A DNA stretch of 64,000 nucleotides, taken from assembly GCA_964016885.1 (NCBI GenBank), contig OZ024750.1, positions 28,582,001 to 28,646,000 of the forward strand, written 5' to 3'. Shown here piece after piece: positions 11,444 to 26,284 of the stretch. The notes under the pieces are model-generated. The model was not told the origin of the DNA. It did not search any database and worked only from the letters and a program-made list of their open reading frames with translations. The translations under genes and the position numbers were made by a program. This DNA is from Eledone cirrhosa (taxonomy: Eukaryota). Each line of letters begins with the position of its first letter. Position 1 is the stretch's first letter.

Positions 11444-13970
11444 TAAAAGAGAAAACACAGGTAAGCATTAAGAGAAGGATTTTATCCAGGTATTTACGAC
11501 CATTTCATTGGTAAGTGCAACCTTATATTGCTATACTGCAAATAGCAGCCACTCAATTATAATTGTTGTTCACGACTATTACTCCTCTATATCCCCCAAC
11601 ACCACCTTGGATAAAGCCTTAGCATTCGCCAAAGCCAATTCTGACCTAACAGACGACGAGATAAAAATCATATTAGCTGCTAGGAAAACAATAATTAAAT
11701 TTGAAAACGCCTATTGGTAACGTAAGGATAGATTAAATAACTTTGACGTCACGATGGGGTCTAACAACTCGGCTCAAGTCACAGATTTAGTAGGTATGCA
11801 CATAGCCCATAGTTTACAGAGTGAGTTTAGCGACCTTCACGGTGGAATCTACAGAGACGACGCCTTTCTCCTAGTTAAGAACCTAGAAAGACTCCGTAAG
11901 AATATTAGAAAGACTCCTGGGAAACTAGGCCTTAGCATAACGTATGAGTATAGCACTAAAACAGTTAACTTTCTAGACGCGACACTTAACCTAAATACGG
12001 GACTTATAAGACCTTTTCACAAGATTAATGAAAACTGAGCATACATCAACTGTAACTCAAACCACCCACTATCCATAATTAAATCCATTCCACGCAGCAT
12101 ATCCCTTAGGATCTCCCATCTCTCGTCTAACCGACAAATCTTCGAGGAACATGCGAAATACTACAATACCGCATTAGACAAGTAGGCCACTTAGATAGAG
12201 TAGAATATATAGATGAAAGCCTCCGCAAAGCGCACACGAACACGCATAACACAAACTCCAGAAACACGCACTTACGCATAGAACTACAAAGTATACGGTA
12301 AATAGAAATACAACATCGAAATCAAACAAGTCACGCAGTAGAAAATATATTTGGTATAACCCCATATTTAACACCTCTATTAGTACTAACCTACCCTCTA
12401 CCTTCTTTAGAATAATAAATAAGCACTTTCCAGATTCACATAGATACAGCAAAATCCTTAACACTAAATCTATTAGACTATATTACTCCACGGCACCAAA
12501 TATAGAGGCACACATTAAGATGCTTAACGCTAAAAAGATACATAACAACACCAGAACACAAATTTACAACAATAACAATACAATCACCATTGAACACAAC
12601 AGAATATCTAATACACAACCACCCATTAATAGGCAAACAAAACGTAACACATTTGTACAGGCATCGCAGCCCACCAATAATGCCAAAGTTGCCCATGACA
12701 AGAATTGTAACTGCCACCTACCTGAAACCTGTCCATTACATAATGAATGTATACAGTCTAACCTGGTTTACCAATGCACAATGGAATCAGATAACCAGAA
12801 ATGGTATTACATCGGAGCGACTGGGAATACATTTAAAGCCCGTTGGTATACACACCGTTACGCAATGAAACATCCCCAGCATCGTTATGTAACTACCCTT
12901 GCAAACAAGACCTGGCAACTGAGGGAAAGTAACCATCAATACACCCTGAAGTGGAACGCGCCTCCATATCGGAGTGGTATGAGAAGCTGTCGATTATGTG
13001 ACCTTCAGCTGTTCCACATTTTGAGTTCGAAGAATAAGTTACTCAACAATAAAATCGAAATATCAATTTATTGTAACCATAGACTCAAAGAAAATTTTTC
13101 GCACTACAAGTGCAAATCGAACCCGTAACCTCTTACTACCAACTTACAAACTGCATATTCTTAGACTTTATACCCTCTTATTGTATCTAAACCCTTTTAA
13201 TTACCCACAAAAACCAATACCTATATCCCTCCCTTCTCCTTCATTCCTCTTCTATTCGTTTTCTTCCTTTCCCTTTTTGGCTATCTTTTCTTTTCTTCTT
13301 TCTCCCCCTTTGCTTTTATTTTTGTCATTATTATCTTTATCTTTATTTTTTATATATATATTTATCTCTTTATATCTCACCCTCTCTCTCTATATATCCA
13401 TCCCTCCCACTATGATCAATTTAATTCTCTTTAACTCACTACATTCCACGACATGAAGTCTACATATCAAAACTGATCAAGGAATCCTTCCACCTCTACC
13501 CCTCCCTCCATCTCAGTTTGTCACTCTACTTCCTAACTCTTCTCCCCCTTCCTCTTTCTCTCTATACTATTCCGTTTGTCCCCTCACCTTCTAATTCCTC
13601 TTCCTCTCTCTATACGAAGAAATACAATTCCCCCAAAAAGATGTTTTTCTCTATATATTAAGAACTATTTCAAGAGTAACTTACTCACTATTTTGAAAAT
13701 TTGGACGTGAACAACAATTATAATTGAGTGGCTACTATTTGCAGTATAGCAATATAAGGTTTCACTTACCAATGAAACGGTCGTAAATACCTGGATAAAA
13801 TCCTTCTCTTAATGCTTACCTGTGTTTTCTCTTTTATACTTTATACTCCAAGATTGAACGGAATTCTTACAAACTTGTGGAGTTACCCCTAACCGTACGT
13901 TGAAACCATCCATGAAACTGGCTTTCTTAACCACGAACTGGATCACAATAAGCAATTTTCTGCTTCCCTA
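11442..13970 (+). mobile_element. Penelope-like retroelement (probably Hydra-type clade), 5'-truncated with inverted pLTR arm
   Basis: 11442-11574 is the reverse complement of 13706-13839. 5' end abuts (TA)n. 3' boundary uncertain. Confidence 0.88.
11574..13128 (+). pseudogene. PLE RT + GIY-YIG endonuclease, multiple stops and frameshifts
   Basis: DYYSSIS...LDKALAFAK, FDVTMGS...VTDLVG, GGIYRDDA, VNFLDATLNL, SNHPLSIIKSIP, IWYNP, CNCHLPETCPLHNECIQSNLVYQC, YYIGATGNTFKARWYTH, CRLC...LLNNKIE...CNHR. Confidence 0.9.
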
Positions 13971-14118
13971 ACTATAACAGATTGAAGTTTAAGCAAAGAA
14001 TCGCTGCTTTGATCCTTAACGGTATCTTTTGAAACTATATATATGTATATATATGTATATATATATAATTCTTATCGAGCCCTCTTCGGATTTTAGTCTT
14101 CACATTTTTTATTATTAG

Positions 14119-14228
<110 letters not shown>

Positions 14229-14651
14229 AAAAGTCATGGGACCACTGTAAATGTAAACAACGTACAAGTCTAATATATTGGACGAGTTAGTTGAGTGGAT
14301 GGGGCTAGTTTATTAGACTCAAGGGTCCACTGACCTTGAGAAAAGCATGAGTCACATAATCCTTTCCAATGGCCATAAGGAAGGCACAACAGCAGCACAA
14401 TCCCTTCCACTTTAACCTTGAGAAAGGCATAACAGCCACATAATCTCTTATTTTTTAGCCTTGCGCCCCAGAGAAGTAGAGAAGTAATCTATTAACACAC
14501 CCAATACAAATATACGTACACACACACATATGTGAGAGTGTGTGTGTGTACGTATATACTATGTGTAAATATGTACATCTCTAAATTTAAATAAACCACA
14601 TGTCACATGTATATAAATTCTCAAACACACACACATATATATATATACATA

Positions 14652-14721
<70 letters not shown>

Positions 14722-14814
14722 TTGTATACATATATAAGTGTTTGTATACATATATATGTGTGTGTGTGTGTATATACATATATATATATATATGTGTGAA
14801 TGTGTGTGTATATG

Positions 14815-14848
<34 letters not shown>

Positions 14849-14967
14849 TGTATGTATGTATGTATGTATGTATGCGTGCAATCATATTACTTTGTCTGCC
14901 TTGTGTATCTGTATAAAATACCATCATTACACAAATATAAACAGTTCTCTTTTACCTTAACCCTCAC

Positions 14968-15003
<36 letters not shown>

Positions 15004-15407
15004 TTAGTTTACCTAAACAAATCGATAAACGTGGAGACAGGTCTCAATCGCGATATGTAAATCGACTTCGGTGGAGGAAGAAAAGTGGTGTTAGCATATC
15101 CGGTGTGCTAGGTGTAAGTAAGTATATAGTTTGATAGGAGGTAACCATTTCTACGGCATCCATTCTATACAATACGTACAGTTAACTAGGAAGCCACACA
15201 AACTAATGTAGACAATCGGTATATATATATATATTTTTTTTTTCCTTACCACTTGACACACGCGCCAGCACATGTGAAGTGCATATCTATGGATGTTTGA
15301 AATAACTAAGTCGTGGTGACACTGGTCAAACATCAACTGGAAAGGGACGGTGTAGTGGGGGTAAGAGATAAATAAATAAAAGGAAAGAACGAACGAAAGG
15401 ATATGAA

Positions 15408-15460
<53 letters not shown>

Positions 15461-15889
15461 CATGAGAAAAAAGAAGAATACTGCGTGGTTTGCACATGGG
15501 TTACATATGATAAAAATAGTCCTTCGTCAGCGATTTTCCAACCATCATTGGTATTTCATCGCATTAAAAATCAGAAACCTCAGGTTGGTGCGAGCAATAA
15601 TCTAAAAAAGTTATTGGGACCAGTAATCGCGTAAAGCGATGGGGGGGGGGGGGGGACAAGTGAACAACATAGAAGGATAAAAACAAACCAAAGAAAGGAA
15701 AAAACAAGCAACATGGTAGTCCTGGTCAGCATAAGCTGGGTGGATTTCATGAGCGAAAAGTACAGACGTCCGGCGTGAGTGAGATGTAAGCAAGAAGAGG
15801 CCCACTGTTAGCCAAACGGGAGGAAGGGAGAAACAGAGAGTGAGTGAGATACAAGTGGAAGCTTAATAAAATCTCTCTCTCTCTCTCTT

Positions 15890-16024
<135 letters not shown>

Positions 16025-16100
16025 TCTGCAGTGCTGAGACCGAGGAGACCACTAATCATGGGAGTACTCGATGCATGATGGGTAATTCTCTCTATATATA

Positions 16101-16148
<48 letters not shown>

Positions 16149-16159
16149 CGTGCGCGCAT

Positions 16160-16332
16160 ACCGGGTTCAATCGGGGGGTAACCACAGTAAGTAAGGTACT
16201 CAATACATAGAGTGTATACAAGATTTAATATATAAATGGCTTCTACAGGACTAGAGCTGTTCCATTCGGGGCAAGTAATCATCCGAATGAAACAGTTCTG
16301 ATCCTGTAGAAGCCATTTATATATTAAATCTT
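16160..16332 (-). mobile_element. Family D fold-back element between (GT)n and (AC)n
   Basis: Arms ~16220-16269 and ~16283-16332. Homologous to 29453-29635. Confidence 0.75.
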
Positions 16333-16481
16333 ACACACACACACACACAAGCATGGGTAAGTCGTTAAGGAGTTCGTTTCACAACCTTTTCAAGTTCAGT
16401 CCTGTTGCCCGGCAGTTTGGACACGTGTTAACTGCTATACCTTCTGGTTGAATGGAATTTGGAAATTACAGAAGCACGTCG

Positions 16482-16824
<343 letters not shown>

Positions 16825-16831
16825 TGTGTGT

Positions 16832-17318
16832 ATAAATGTAATCTGAGTTTTTCGAATATTAATAATTATTTCTAATTTTGACACAAGGCCAGCAATTATT
16901 CCAGTGCATTACTGGTACTTTATTTCATCGACCCGGTAAGGATGAAAGGCAAAGTAAACCTCGGCGGGATTTGAACTCAGAATGGCAAGGGCCGTAACTC
17001 TATGCGTCAAAGCATGGCGTCCGATCCTCTACCGATACTGCCAATCCACAATAATAGTATTCGATTCGTTTGCAATTATGCAAACACCCTCTTTTAAGCC
17101 ATGTCATCCCCTCATTCTTGCTCTTGTGTTAGCATGTAAACAGAACTGCAGACACTAATGTTTCTGGGTGATAAGAATGAGGGGCTCATTCTATTGACAT
17201 GGCTTAAAAGAGGGTGTTTGCATAATTGCAAACGAATCGATTATTATTATTAATATTCGAAAAATTCAGATTACATTTATTGTACTCATCCATGTAGAGC
17301 GATAACTAGTTGTTAGTT

Positions 17319-17322
<4 letters not shown>
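16832..17322. mobile_element. Fold-back element interrupted by a SINE-A copy (16866-17050 minus)
   Basis: 16832-16868 pairs with ~17245-17281, and ~17061-17120 pairs with ~17173-17241. Confidence 0.7.
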
Positions 17323-17367
<45 letters not shown>

Positions 17368-17789
17368 TACATACAAGAAAAGTTGAAATGAAAGAAACAT
17401 TTGGAAAACACAAACAAAGGACAGAAAGAGGAAATATAACGAAAAACGTGAAACCTTAGTATGGAGAATGAAATAAATTAATGAAAGAGATGAAATTTAA
17501 ATAGCAGAAGGACGAGGGATTCGAACTGGGGTATACAGAGACAGATTATATACTAACTATTGACACATTAATAATTTCAGTATTCCTGAAGTGGTACAGT
17601 TTTATTGGCCTCAATATGATGAAAAACAATGAATAAAGGGAGGAAAAAATAGTAAAAAGTGAGAAGGAAACCCCAGTAGAAAGCAATAAGAAGCAGAGAT
17701 GGAAGAACGGAAGAAACTGAAAAATAGATATCATAAAATAAAGTAATGAAGCCTCAATAAACATTTTAAGGCCATTGTTCCTTGTGGAT

Positions 17790-18110
17790 CTCTTAGATTT
17801 AATACTGGTTAACGAGTCTATATTCCTCCCGGTAAAACGGAGTTCAGCCTTGCGGACCTTATAACAGTTTTCGTACTCGTTAGCGAGGCAAATTCCCCTG
17901 TTAAAGCAGAGGTTAGGCTTGCTGATTCCATGGCACTCCTCGTACTCATTAGCGACGCCTTATTCCCTGCTAAAGTAGAGGTTAGCCTTGCGGATCTCAT
18001 GGTAGTTTTCGTGCTCATTAGTGAAGCCACAACCCCTGCTAAAGTAGAGGTTATCCTTGCGAAGTTCATGGCACTCCTTGTGCTCATCATGGAGTCCTTA
18101 CTGAGGCAAT
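17790..18110. repeat. Degenerate 69-bp tandem repeat, ~4.5 units
   Basis: Minus frame gives 23-aa units MMSTRSAMNFARITSTLAGVVAS / LMSTKTTMRSARLTSTLAGNKAS / LMSTRSAMESASLTSALTGEFAS / LTSTKTVIRSARLNSVLPGG. Confidence 0.8.
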
Positions 18111-19038
18111 TGATATTACGGCCGGATGCCGTTTCTGACACCAACCATTTTTAGTTGTCTTTTACATCATACAGAGAAACGGTGTAACAATTGAAAACCG
18201 GGAACAACAGTGAAAAGAGGAAAAGAATAAAAATAGGATAGAAAGAAAAAAGGAAAGAAAGAGAAATGGGTGAGAGAGAAGAAAGACGGCGACGAAGAAG
18301 AAAATGATGAATAAGAAAAAAGGGAAAAAAGTAAAAGACGACTTAAAAAGAAGAAAAAGGAGAAAAAGATGACGAAGAAAAAACAGAAAAGTAACTCTAA
18401 ACACACTTAGCATCAAGGCAGGTTTAGATAATTTACATTCAGTTTAATATGAGGTCACAGATCAATATAATTGTCATGTACTGAGTAGATAGAATGGATC
18501 TACTTCGGTTGCAATGATGAGGGCGCCAGTAGAGCACAGATCACTATTTATTCATGTACTGAATATATAAAACGCGTGTTTGTGTGTGTGTGTGTATATA
18601 AATATATTATGTATATTCACACACGGAACAAAAGCGCTACTTAAGATATCAAGACCAGTTACTAGTATCTTCAAACTCACCTGAACGCCTGAAGAATATG
18701 ATACAAATTTGATCCCAATTATATGGTCAATATAAACTATAGTTATAGTTAATACAAGACACAAACTGTAGTTATAGTATATAAATTGTTAAAATTAATG
18801 TAAAAGAAGCAAGTTGACTATTACAAAAAGCCGTTCAATATTGGGCCTAGAAACCTTATAGTTTTTGTTCCGTGTATGAACATAATATATTGACTCTCAT
18901 CGAGTACTATTTTCCTTTTGCATACCTATAATTATTACAAACACACACGCACATATAATCTAAGTCTGTTCTGAGCCAGGGCCAGGCATGTGTGTATGAA
19001 TATATGTGTATATATATATAAACACACATATATGCATG

Positions 19039-19105
<67 letters not shown>

Positions 19106-19274
19106 ACACATATATGCATGCATATATATATATATATATATCTTTTTTATATACAGAGAGAGAGTCTTCGCTGCAGAGACCAAGGAGACGACTAATCATG
19201 AGAGTACTTTGATGCAAGATGGGTGTGTGTGTGCGTGTGTGTATATATATATATACATGCTTCTGTATGTATGC

Positions 19275-19322
<48 letters not shown>

Positions 19323-19327
<5 letters not shown>

Positions 19328-19548
19328 TAAAAGGAATTCTAACTTTGTCTGATTTACTCGTTTTATTTCCTTAAACTCCTTTAAAATTATAATGATATTA
19401 TAATGAAATAGTATGGTAGAATATTAGTAAAATGTTAATTGAACAAGTACTTTCATGCTTGCGCAATCTCCAGGTTCATATTCAGTGGTGACAGTCAAGT
19501 TGGCAGTCACAGTTGAAAATTGCCAACTTGACTGTCATCACTGAATAT
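19323..19548 (-). mobile_element. Short fold-back element with hammerhead-like motif (19441-19477 minus)
   Basis: GAAC-CUGGAGA-UUGC-GCAA-GCAU-GAAA-GUAC-UU-GUUC (one core mutation). Terminal hairpin 19478-19548. (TA)n on both sides. Confidence 0.7.
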
Positions 19549-19556
19549 ATATATAT

Positions 19557-20165
19557 ATGGTGGCTGCCAACTCGTTTTCGAGTACGGCCACTACTTTATA
19601 TCCATGTAGGAGAACCCCTACCGATGCGCTGAACGAGTGTGACTTTTTAGTCCAGCCAACGACTTGAAAACTCTGGTACAAACACTACACTTGTGACAAT
19701 TATTGACACATAGTGCTGGGTCCATGGTACCATGTGATGACAAGTGCAGAGAGATCTCCAGATATAAAGAAATGCCTGTGCCGTGAAGCTTTTATAGTGA
19801 GTAAAGGCACTGCACAAAGCCAGTCCCACTCTCTTAACCAAGATGATATTTACCAAAAAGAAGAACAAGTCAACATTATTGGATACCATCAGGGTTGCAG
19901 GTGTTATATGAGAGTTTTCCTTCTCCTAGAATTCTGCCTTGACAAAGGCTAAGGGGTCATCTCTCCCGGTGATTTTGGATGGCCATTGACTCTTAAGAGC
20001 TCCTTTGCCCTTTGACAGGTTTTGTTTTTAGTCCTGCAGGATGTCCAAAGTTACCCTCCTCACCAAGAAACCTTGGTGGGGTTGCCAGTTTAGTCGCCAA
20101 CGACCCGACCATGAGACAGGTTGTACTGGGATACATGTTACCAGTAGCACCAACTGGTGACCTGA
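19557..20165 (-). mobile_element. ~610-bp non-coding interspersed repeat (SINE-like or RTE 5'UTR-like)
   Basis: Near-identical second copy with the same ends at 42174-42787. No long ORF. Strand inferred. Confidence 0.8.
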
Positions 20166-20267
20166 TATATATATATATATATATACACACATACACGCAT
20201 ACATACAGAACAGAAGCATGGGTGAATGGTTAAGGAGTTCGCATCACAACCTTTTCAAGTTCAGTCT

Positions 20268-20700
20268 GAAGGCTCGTTAGGCCGGTGCTTATCCCGCGAA
20301 GCGACTGAGAGTACAAGATTCTGCCCCTGGAGAGGGCACCAATCCATCGCAGTGTTAAACCTCGAGTTACTGCTGGTACTCATTTTCAGCTGAGTATACC
20401 GGAGCAATGAGAAATGAAGTGTTTTGCTCAAGAACACAACACGCAAGCAACCAGCCTAGGAATCAAACCCACACCATTTACGATCGTAACTTCAGCACCC
20501 TCACCACTAAGCCACGAGTCTCCACTACATATATATAATCTACGTACTCATTTTCAGCTGAGTATACTGGAGCAACGAGAAATGAAGTGTTTTACTCAAG
20601 AACACAACACGCAAGCAACCAGCCTAGGAATCGAACCCACACCATTTACGATCGTAACTTCAGCACCCTCACCACTAAGCCACGAGCCTCCACTGCATAT
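20268..20700 (-). mobile_element. tRNA-derived SINE, family SINE-B (CORE-like), with tandem duplication of its 5' ~165 bp
   Basis: Minus strand gtggcttagtggtgagg...gtgttcttgagcaaaacac. 20377-20540 is repeated at 20544-20708. Other copies at 21450-21750 (+), 23508-23835 (-), 49530-49868 (-) and 52640-52755 (-). Confidence 0.82.
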
Positions 20701-21206
20701 ATATAATCTATGTACTTTAAATTCATATATTCGTCTTTGTCTTCCTTGTTTTAGTACATATTCATCTGTTGTTCCTGGTTAGCACCGTTTGACATATACT
20801 CCATGACCAACAGATGGCAAGCGCCAAATGTTCTTTATTTTTCTCTATATTGTGTGTATTAATATCTCAATCCTCCATACCTGCGTCTCTCTCTCTCTCT
20901 CTCTCTCTCTCGCTCTCTTTTGTTCCTTCCGTCCTTCCAGTCCCTGTATTTCCTCATTCCACGTTTCATCTGTTAACGCCACGCTTCACTTCATTCTATT
21001 TTTCTGCTCTATTGGAGACCTTCCATATTTCTAATTTACATTGAATTATCAAGAATCCCTCGCGCCCCTTCTCCATTAAAAACTAGACCCCCCCCCCACA
21101 CACACACACACACACCCATGCAGTACTTTCTAGTTCTCTTTCTAATGTTATCTGTTAAAGCATGCAGCCATGCATATATATATATATATATGTGTGTGTG
21201 TATGTA

Positions 21207-21278
<72 letters not shown>

Positions 21279-21809
21279 ATGTATGTATATATATGTATGT
21301 GTGTATGTATGTGTGTATGTATGTATGTATATGTATATATGTGTGTGTGTATGTATGTATGAATGCAAACATATGTAAGCATGTGTATATATGTGTATGT
21401 GTGTGTGTGTGGATGTGTGTTTTATCTGTACTGATGTCATTCATTTGAGTGTGGGCTATGTTGAAGACGCACTGGTTGGGGGTTAGGTTATTGAGCTCAC
21501 CACCTTAACGTCGTGTGTTCAATTTCCGCATCGGGCGGTGAGTTACGTCTTTGAGCAAGCAAGACACTTATTTTTACATTGCTCCAGTCCATGTAGCTGG
21601 AAATACTGAGTAACTGCAGTGGCTATGGGATTAACCCTGCCACTAACTGATGTCCATTTCAGATGGCAGTCTTGTACTCTCCATAGATTCACCCCTATCA
21701 AATCGATATATGCTCCGGTCGAATGAGCCTCTTGGTATGGGATACTCTTTAACTCTTAAGTTAGCATATTAGGGTAATATCTTTTAGGATGTCGTATATT
21801 ATTACATCT

Positions 21810-24010
21810 ATGGTGGCGAATGGGTGAAGTCATTAGCACATCGGACAGAATGGTTTTTATTATTCATTTCGGCTCTCTTACGTCCCTTTACGGTCTGAGT
21901 TCAAATCCCGCCGAGGTTGACTTTGCCTTTCATCCTTACGGGGTCGATAAAATAAAGTACCAGTAATGCACTGGGTAATTGCTGGCCTTGTGCCTAAAGT
22001 AGAAACAATTATTCGTTTCGGCTCTCTGAGTTGAAATCCCGTCAAGAACGACTTTGCCTTTCACCCATTCAAGGTCGATAAAAAAAATACCAGTCTAGTA
22101 CTGGGGTCGATTCTTCCTCTATATTTCTTTCTCATATCCATTCTCTTAGTCTCTCTATCATTCTCTAGAAGAAATCTGTTGTATTCTGACTTGGAGAGGA
22201 TTGGGTTCCGCCAGGTTTTAAAATGCTCTAGAATTACCGTATATCAATATGGTGCCCTCACGACTCCCCCAAGAGTTACAGGACCATACATGCATATTAC
22301 ATTGAACCAAAGTATACATACAAACATTTGGCTTGAAATACAGCAACGCATTCTATCCACAAACAATGGCATGTCGATATAAAGAAGAGCAAAGTTGACC
22401 TCGACGTGATTTGAACTTAGACCTCTCAACTACCCTTACAATGAAATAATAATTGTTTCTAATTTAGGTACAGTGTCAACAAATTGGGTAGGAGAGAGGA
22501 AAAGACGATAATACCGACCCCTAATCTTGAATGGTATTTTATATCATCGAACCCAGAAGGGTGAAAAGTAAAGTTGGCCTCGGAGGAATTTGAACAAAGA
22601 ACGGAATGTACCAGATCAAATACCGCAAAGCATTTTGTCGGGTGTTCTAAAGATGTTGCCAGTTTATCAGCCTTAGAATTAAATAATTCTAACATTGGAA
22701 ATTTGGGAGAAAGGGATCGTCGATTATAGTGACCTCAGTACTTAACTTTATCGACCCCTGAGTAATGAAAAGCGAAGTTGACTCTGATTTAAACTCAGAA
22801 CGTAAAGGCTTGAAAAGCATATTATCTGTCGATCTAATAATACTGCCAATCCACCACCACCTTTAAAATGAAACAATGGTTTCTGGTTTTGGCACAAGGT
22901 CAACAATTTTGGAAGACAGGAAAGTCGATTAAACCGACCTCAGTGTATTACTGGTACTTTATTTTACGAACATCGTAAGGATGAAAGTCAAAGCTTAACC
23001 AGCTAAATAATGATAATTTCTGATTTAAGCACAAGGTCAACAAATTTGGAAGAGAGGAAAGTCGATTAAATCGACCCCAGTGCGTTACTGGTATTTTATT
23101 TTATCGACCTTGTAAGGATAAAAGGCAAAGCTAACCTCGGGGGAATTTAAACTTAGAACGTCAGAGCCATATCTATGTTACTATGCTGTAAAGCATGTGA
23201 CCAACACTCTACCAATACTGTCAATCCACCAGCCTTCTTTAAAAGGAAATAATGGTTTCTAATTTAGGCACAAGGCTAGCAAGTATCCCAGTGCATTACT
23301 GGTACTTTATTTAATCGATCCCGAAAGGATGAAAGGCAAAGTTAACCTCGACGGGATTTGAACTCAGATCGTAAAGGGACGTAACTATGCTGGAAAGCAT
23401 GGCGTCCGACCATCTACCGATACTGCCAATCCACGAAATAATGGTTTCTAATTTAGGCACTGGGCCAACAATTTTTGGGGAGAGGCAAGTCGATTAAATT
23501 CGAAGACCCCCTTCGGTCACGAATGACCACGTGATTTGCACTTAGAAAGTTTCCCTCCAAGGCACAAGTCTGGGCAAAGTTGTTTTGTGTAAGCCCAGTA
23601 GTCACCCATACATACCAGCCTCCCCTCTCAACGCCACCCATGATGTCCAAGGGAAAGGCTATGGCCGACACAGCTTGGCACCAGTGACGTCACAACTCAT
23701 TTCTACAGCTGAGTAAACTGGAGCAAAGTGAAATAAAGTGTCTTGCTCAAGGACACAGCGCATCACTCAGTCCGAGAATCGAACTGGCAACTTTTCGATT
23801 GCAAGCCCAATGCTCTAACCACAAAGCCATGCGGTTAAATTGACCTCAGTGCATTACTGGTACTTTATTTTATCGACATTGTAAGGATGACAGGCAAAGA
23901 TATCACCGGCGGGATTTAAACTCAGAACGTAAAGGGCCATATCTATGTTACTATATATGCTACAAAGCATGTTATCCAGCACTTTACCGACACTACCAAT
24001 CCACCCGCCT
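21810..24010. mobile_element. Dense SINE cluster (~10 SINE-A/B/C copies of mixed age, mostly minus strand)
   Basis: Repeated ggatgaaaggcaaagt...ggatttgaactcaga and ggcacaaggccagca motifs. Confidence 0.88.
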
Positions 24011-24511
24011 TCTTTAAAATGAAATAATAAAAACAAAAATAGAATAATAAAATAAGACAATAACAGCAGAATGAAGCAGTGGAGTAAATAGTCATATATC
24101 AATAGTATTACTCACACAACAGTAAAACTCCCAATAACTTTTACGGCTCATTTATACCTGTCAAACCCTGCACTTCCGAAACCCCGTCTGTCATCCTTTC
24201 CTAACACACGGACAAAGAATGAAGAGAAGAAAAATCTTTAGTTTACCCCCCTTTGTTCGTACAATTAATTTATTTAAATACGTGCATATGTGCGCGCGCA
24301 TACATGCACACACACCTGTATGTGTGTGTATGTATGTATGTATGTATGTATGTATGTATGTATGTATGTATGTATGTATGTATGTATGTATGTATGTATG
24401 TATGTATGTATGGATGGATGTATGTATGTCAGAGGGTTTGTGTGCTTGTGTGTGTGTATGTATATATATATATATATATATACTCCTGTGTGTGCGTGTC
24501 TGTGTTTGTCA

Positions 24512-24567
<56 letters not shown>

Positions 24568-24752
24568 GCGTACATATATATATATGTATGTATGTGTGTG
24601 TGTAAACGCACACATAAATATATACGTGTGTGTATACGTGCATATACATATATTTGCACATACATGCATATAAAGGCACACATATACACACACACCTGTG
24701 CGCACACATGCATGTGTGTGTATATACATATTTATGTATATACATGTGTGCA

Positions 24753-24803
<51 letters not shown>

Positions 24804-24966
24804 GCATACATACACACACACACGTGTGCGTGTGTATGTATATATATATATATGTATGTATATGCATACATACACACACACACACGTGTGCGTGTGTATG
24901 TATGTATGTATGTATGTATGTATGTATGTATGTATGTATGTATGTATGTATGTATGTATGTATGTA

Positions 24967-25036
<70 letters not shown>

Positions 25037-25784
25037 TGCGTGTGTATGTATATATACACACATATAAACGCACACATGTACACACACACACACACATCTG
25101 CACCTATGTACACACACCACATACAGTCATTATGTCAAATAGGTCAATATTTGTCTGCTATGGGCTGCGTTGTCCAACCCTGACATTGTAGGTTTGTTAA
25201 TCTGTAACTATGTACAATCGCCATGTTAGCTTTTAACTAACATATCTTCGTTGACAGATAGATAATTAAACAAAACAGTTAAACCTTCACGTACATACCT
25301 AAAAGGAAAGAAGAAAATAAAAAAATAAAAAAATAAAAAAATACGTTATAAATATAAAAACTACGTAATATGACGACTGTGGCCTGACGCCGTTCGTTAC
25401 TTCCTTACCAGTAATTAGTAAAGGTTTGGCTATTGTTATGGAGGGGAATGTGTTTTAGAGTATTTATTCAGAAGAAGTTGGTTAGTTTTGTTCTATTTTA
25501 TGCCTAGTGTGGTAGTTATATGCTGGGTTATATCGCATATATATATATATATATAATTTACATTCATTTAATTTATTGATTTATTGATATTTTATTTGAG
25601 TGACCCGAATCTTCCTGGTCGTTCTTTTTCGGCTGCACGGGTGTTTTTAGGCATGATCTCTAGGTGTTGGTAATTTAACGATGGTTATAGCTCTGATTTA
25701 TCCAAATTATTGAGCCCTCTGCCACACATATCGGATATTGTTTATCCTTAATTCGTGAGCTGTTTTTCCGATTCTCGATTATTC

Positions 25785-25821
<37 letters not shown>

Positions 25822-25822
<1 letters not shown>

Positions 25823-26023
25823 CGAAGGAAATGTGGTAAGGAACCAGATGGACCATAACGCACCAAAGTACTCAATACTTAGGGTCGTAGAGTGGGTAAT
25901 AGGAACGAGTAGGACCCCGACGGCTGAGATCAAGCCGTTTCGACGGCTAATTCTGGACTAAAATGTTAGTCCAGAATTACCCGTCGAAACGGCTTGATCT
26001 CAGCCGTCGGGGTCCTACTCATT

Positions 26024-26025
<2 letters not shown>
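25822..26025 (-). mobile_element. Family C fold-back element in (TA)n
   Basis: Arms 25902-25961 and 25966-26025. One of five copies. Confidence 0.85.
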
Positions 26026-26064
<39 letters not shown>

Positions 26065-26216
26065 GCGGTATTTGAGTTCGTGGTTAATGTTGAATTGGAG
26101 TCATGTTGTGTTTATGACAGACCGTTTAGCAGTTATATATATGTATATATACTCTTTTACCCTTTTATTCTTTTACCTGCTCCAGCCATCCGGCTGAGGC
26201 CATGCTGGGGCACCGC

Positions 26217-26284
<68 letters not shown>

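Noticed and set aside
17860-18025. CUAAUGA-GCAC-GAAA motifs in the 69-bp repeat as hammerheads
   Set aside because: Core G missing, essentially no stem II, and no stem I/III pairing.
20060-20165. HDV-like or twister ribozyme at the start of the 610-bp element
   Set aside because: A P1-like stem exists, but the L3, GG and J4/2 or twister consensus residues could not be placed.
24100-25480. Enhancer-like unique sequence with TGACA and TTTACG motifs (also ETS-like CACTTCCGG at ~54898)
   Set aside because: Short motifs are expected by chance; needs conservation or chromatin data.
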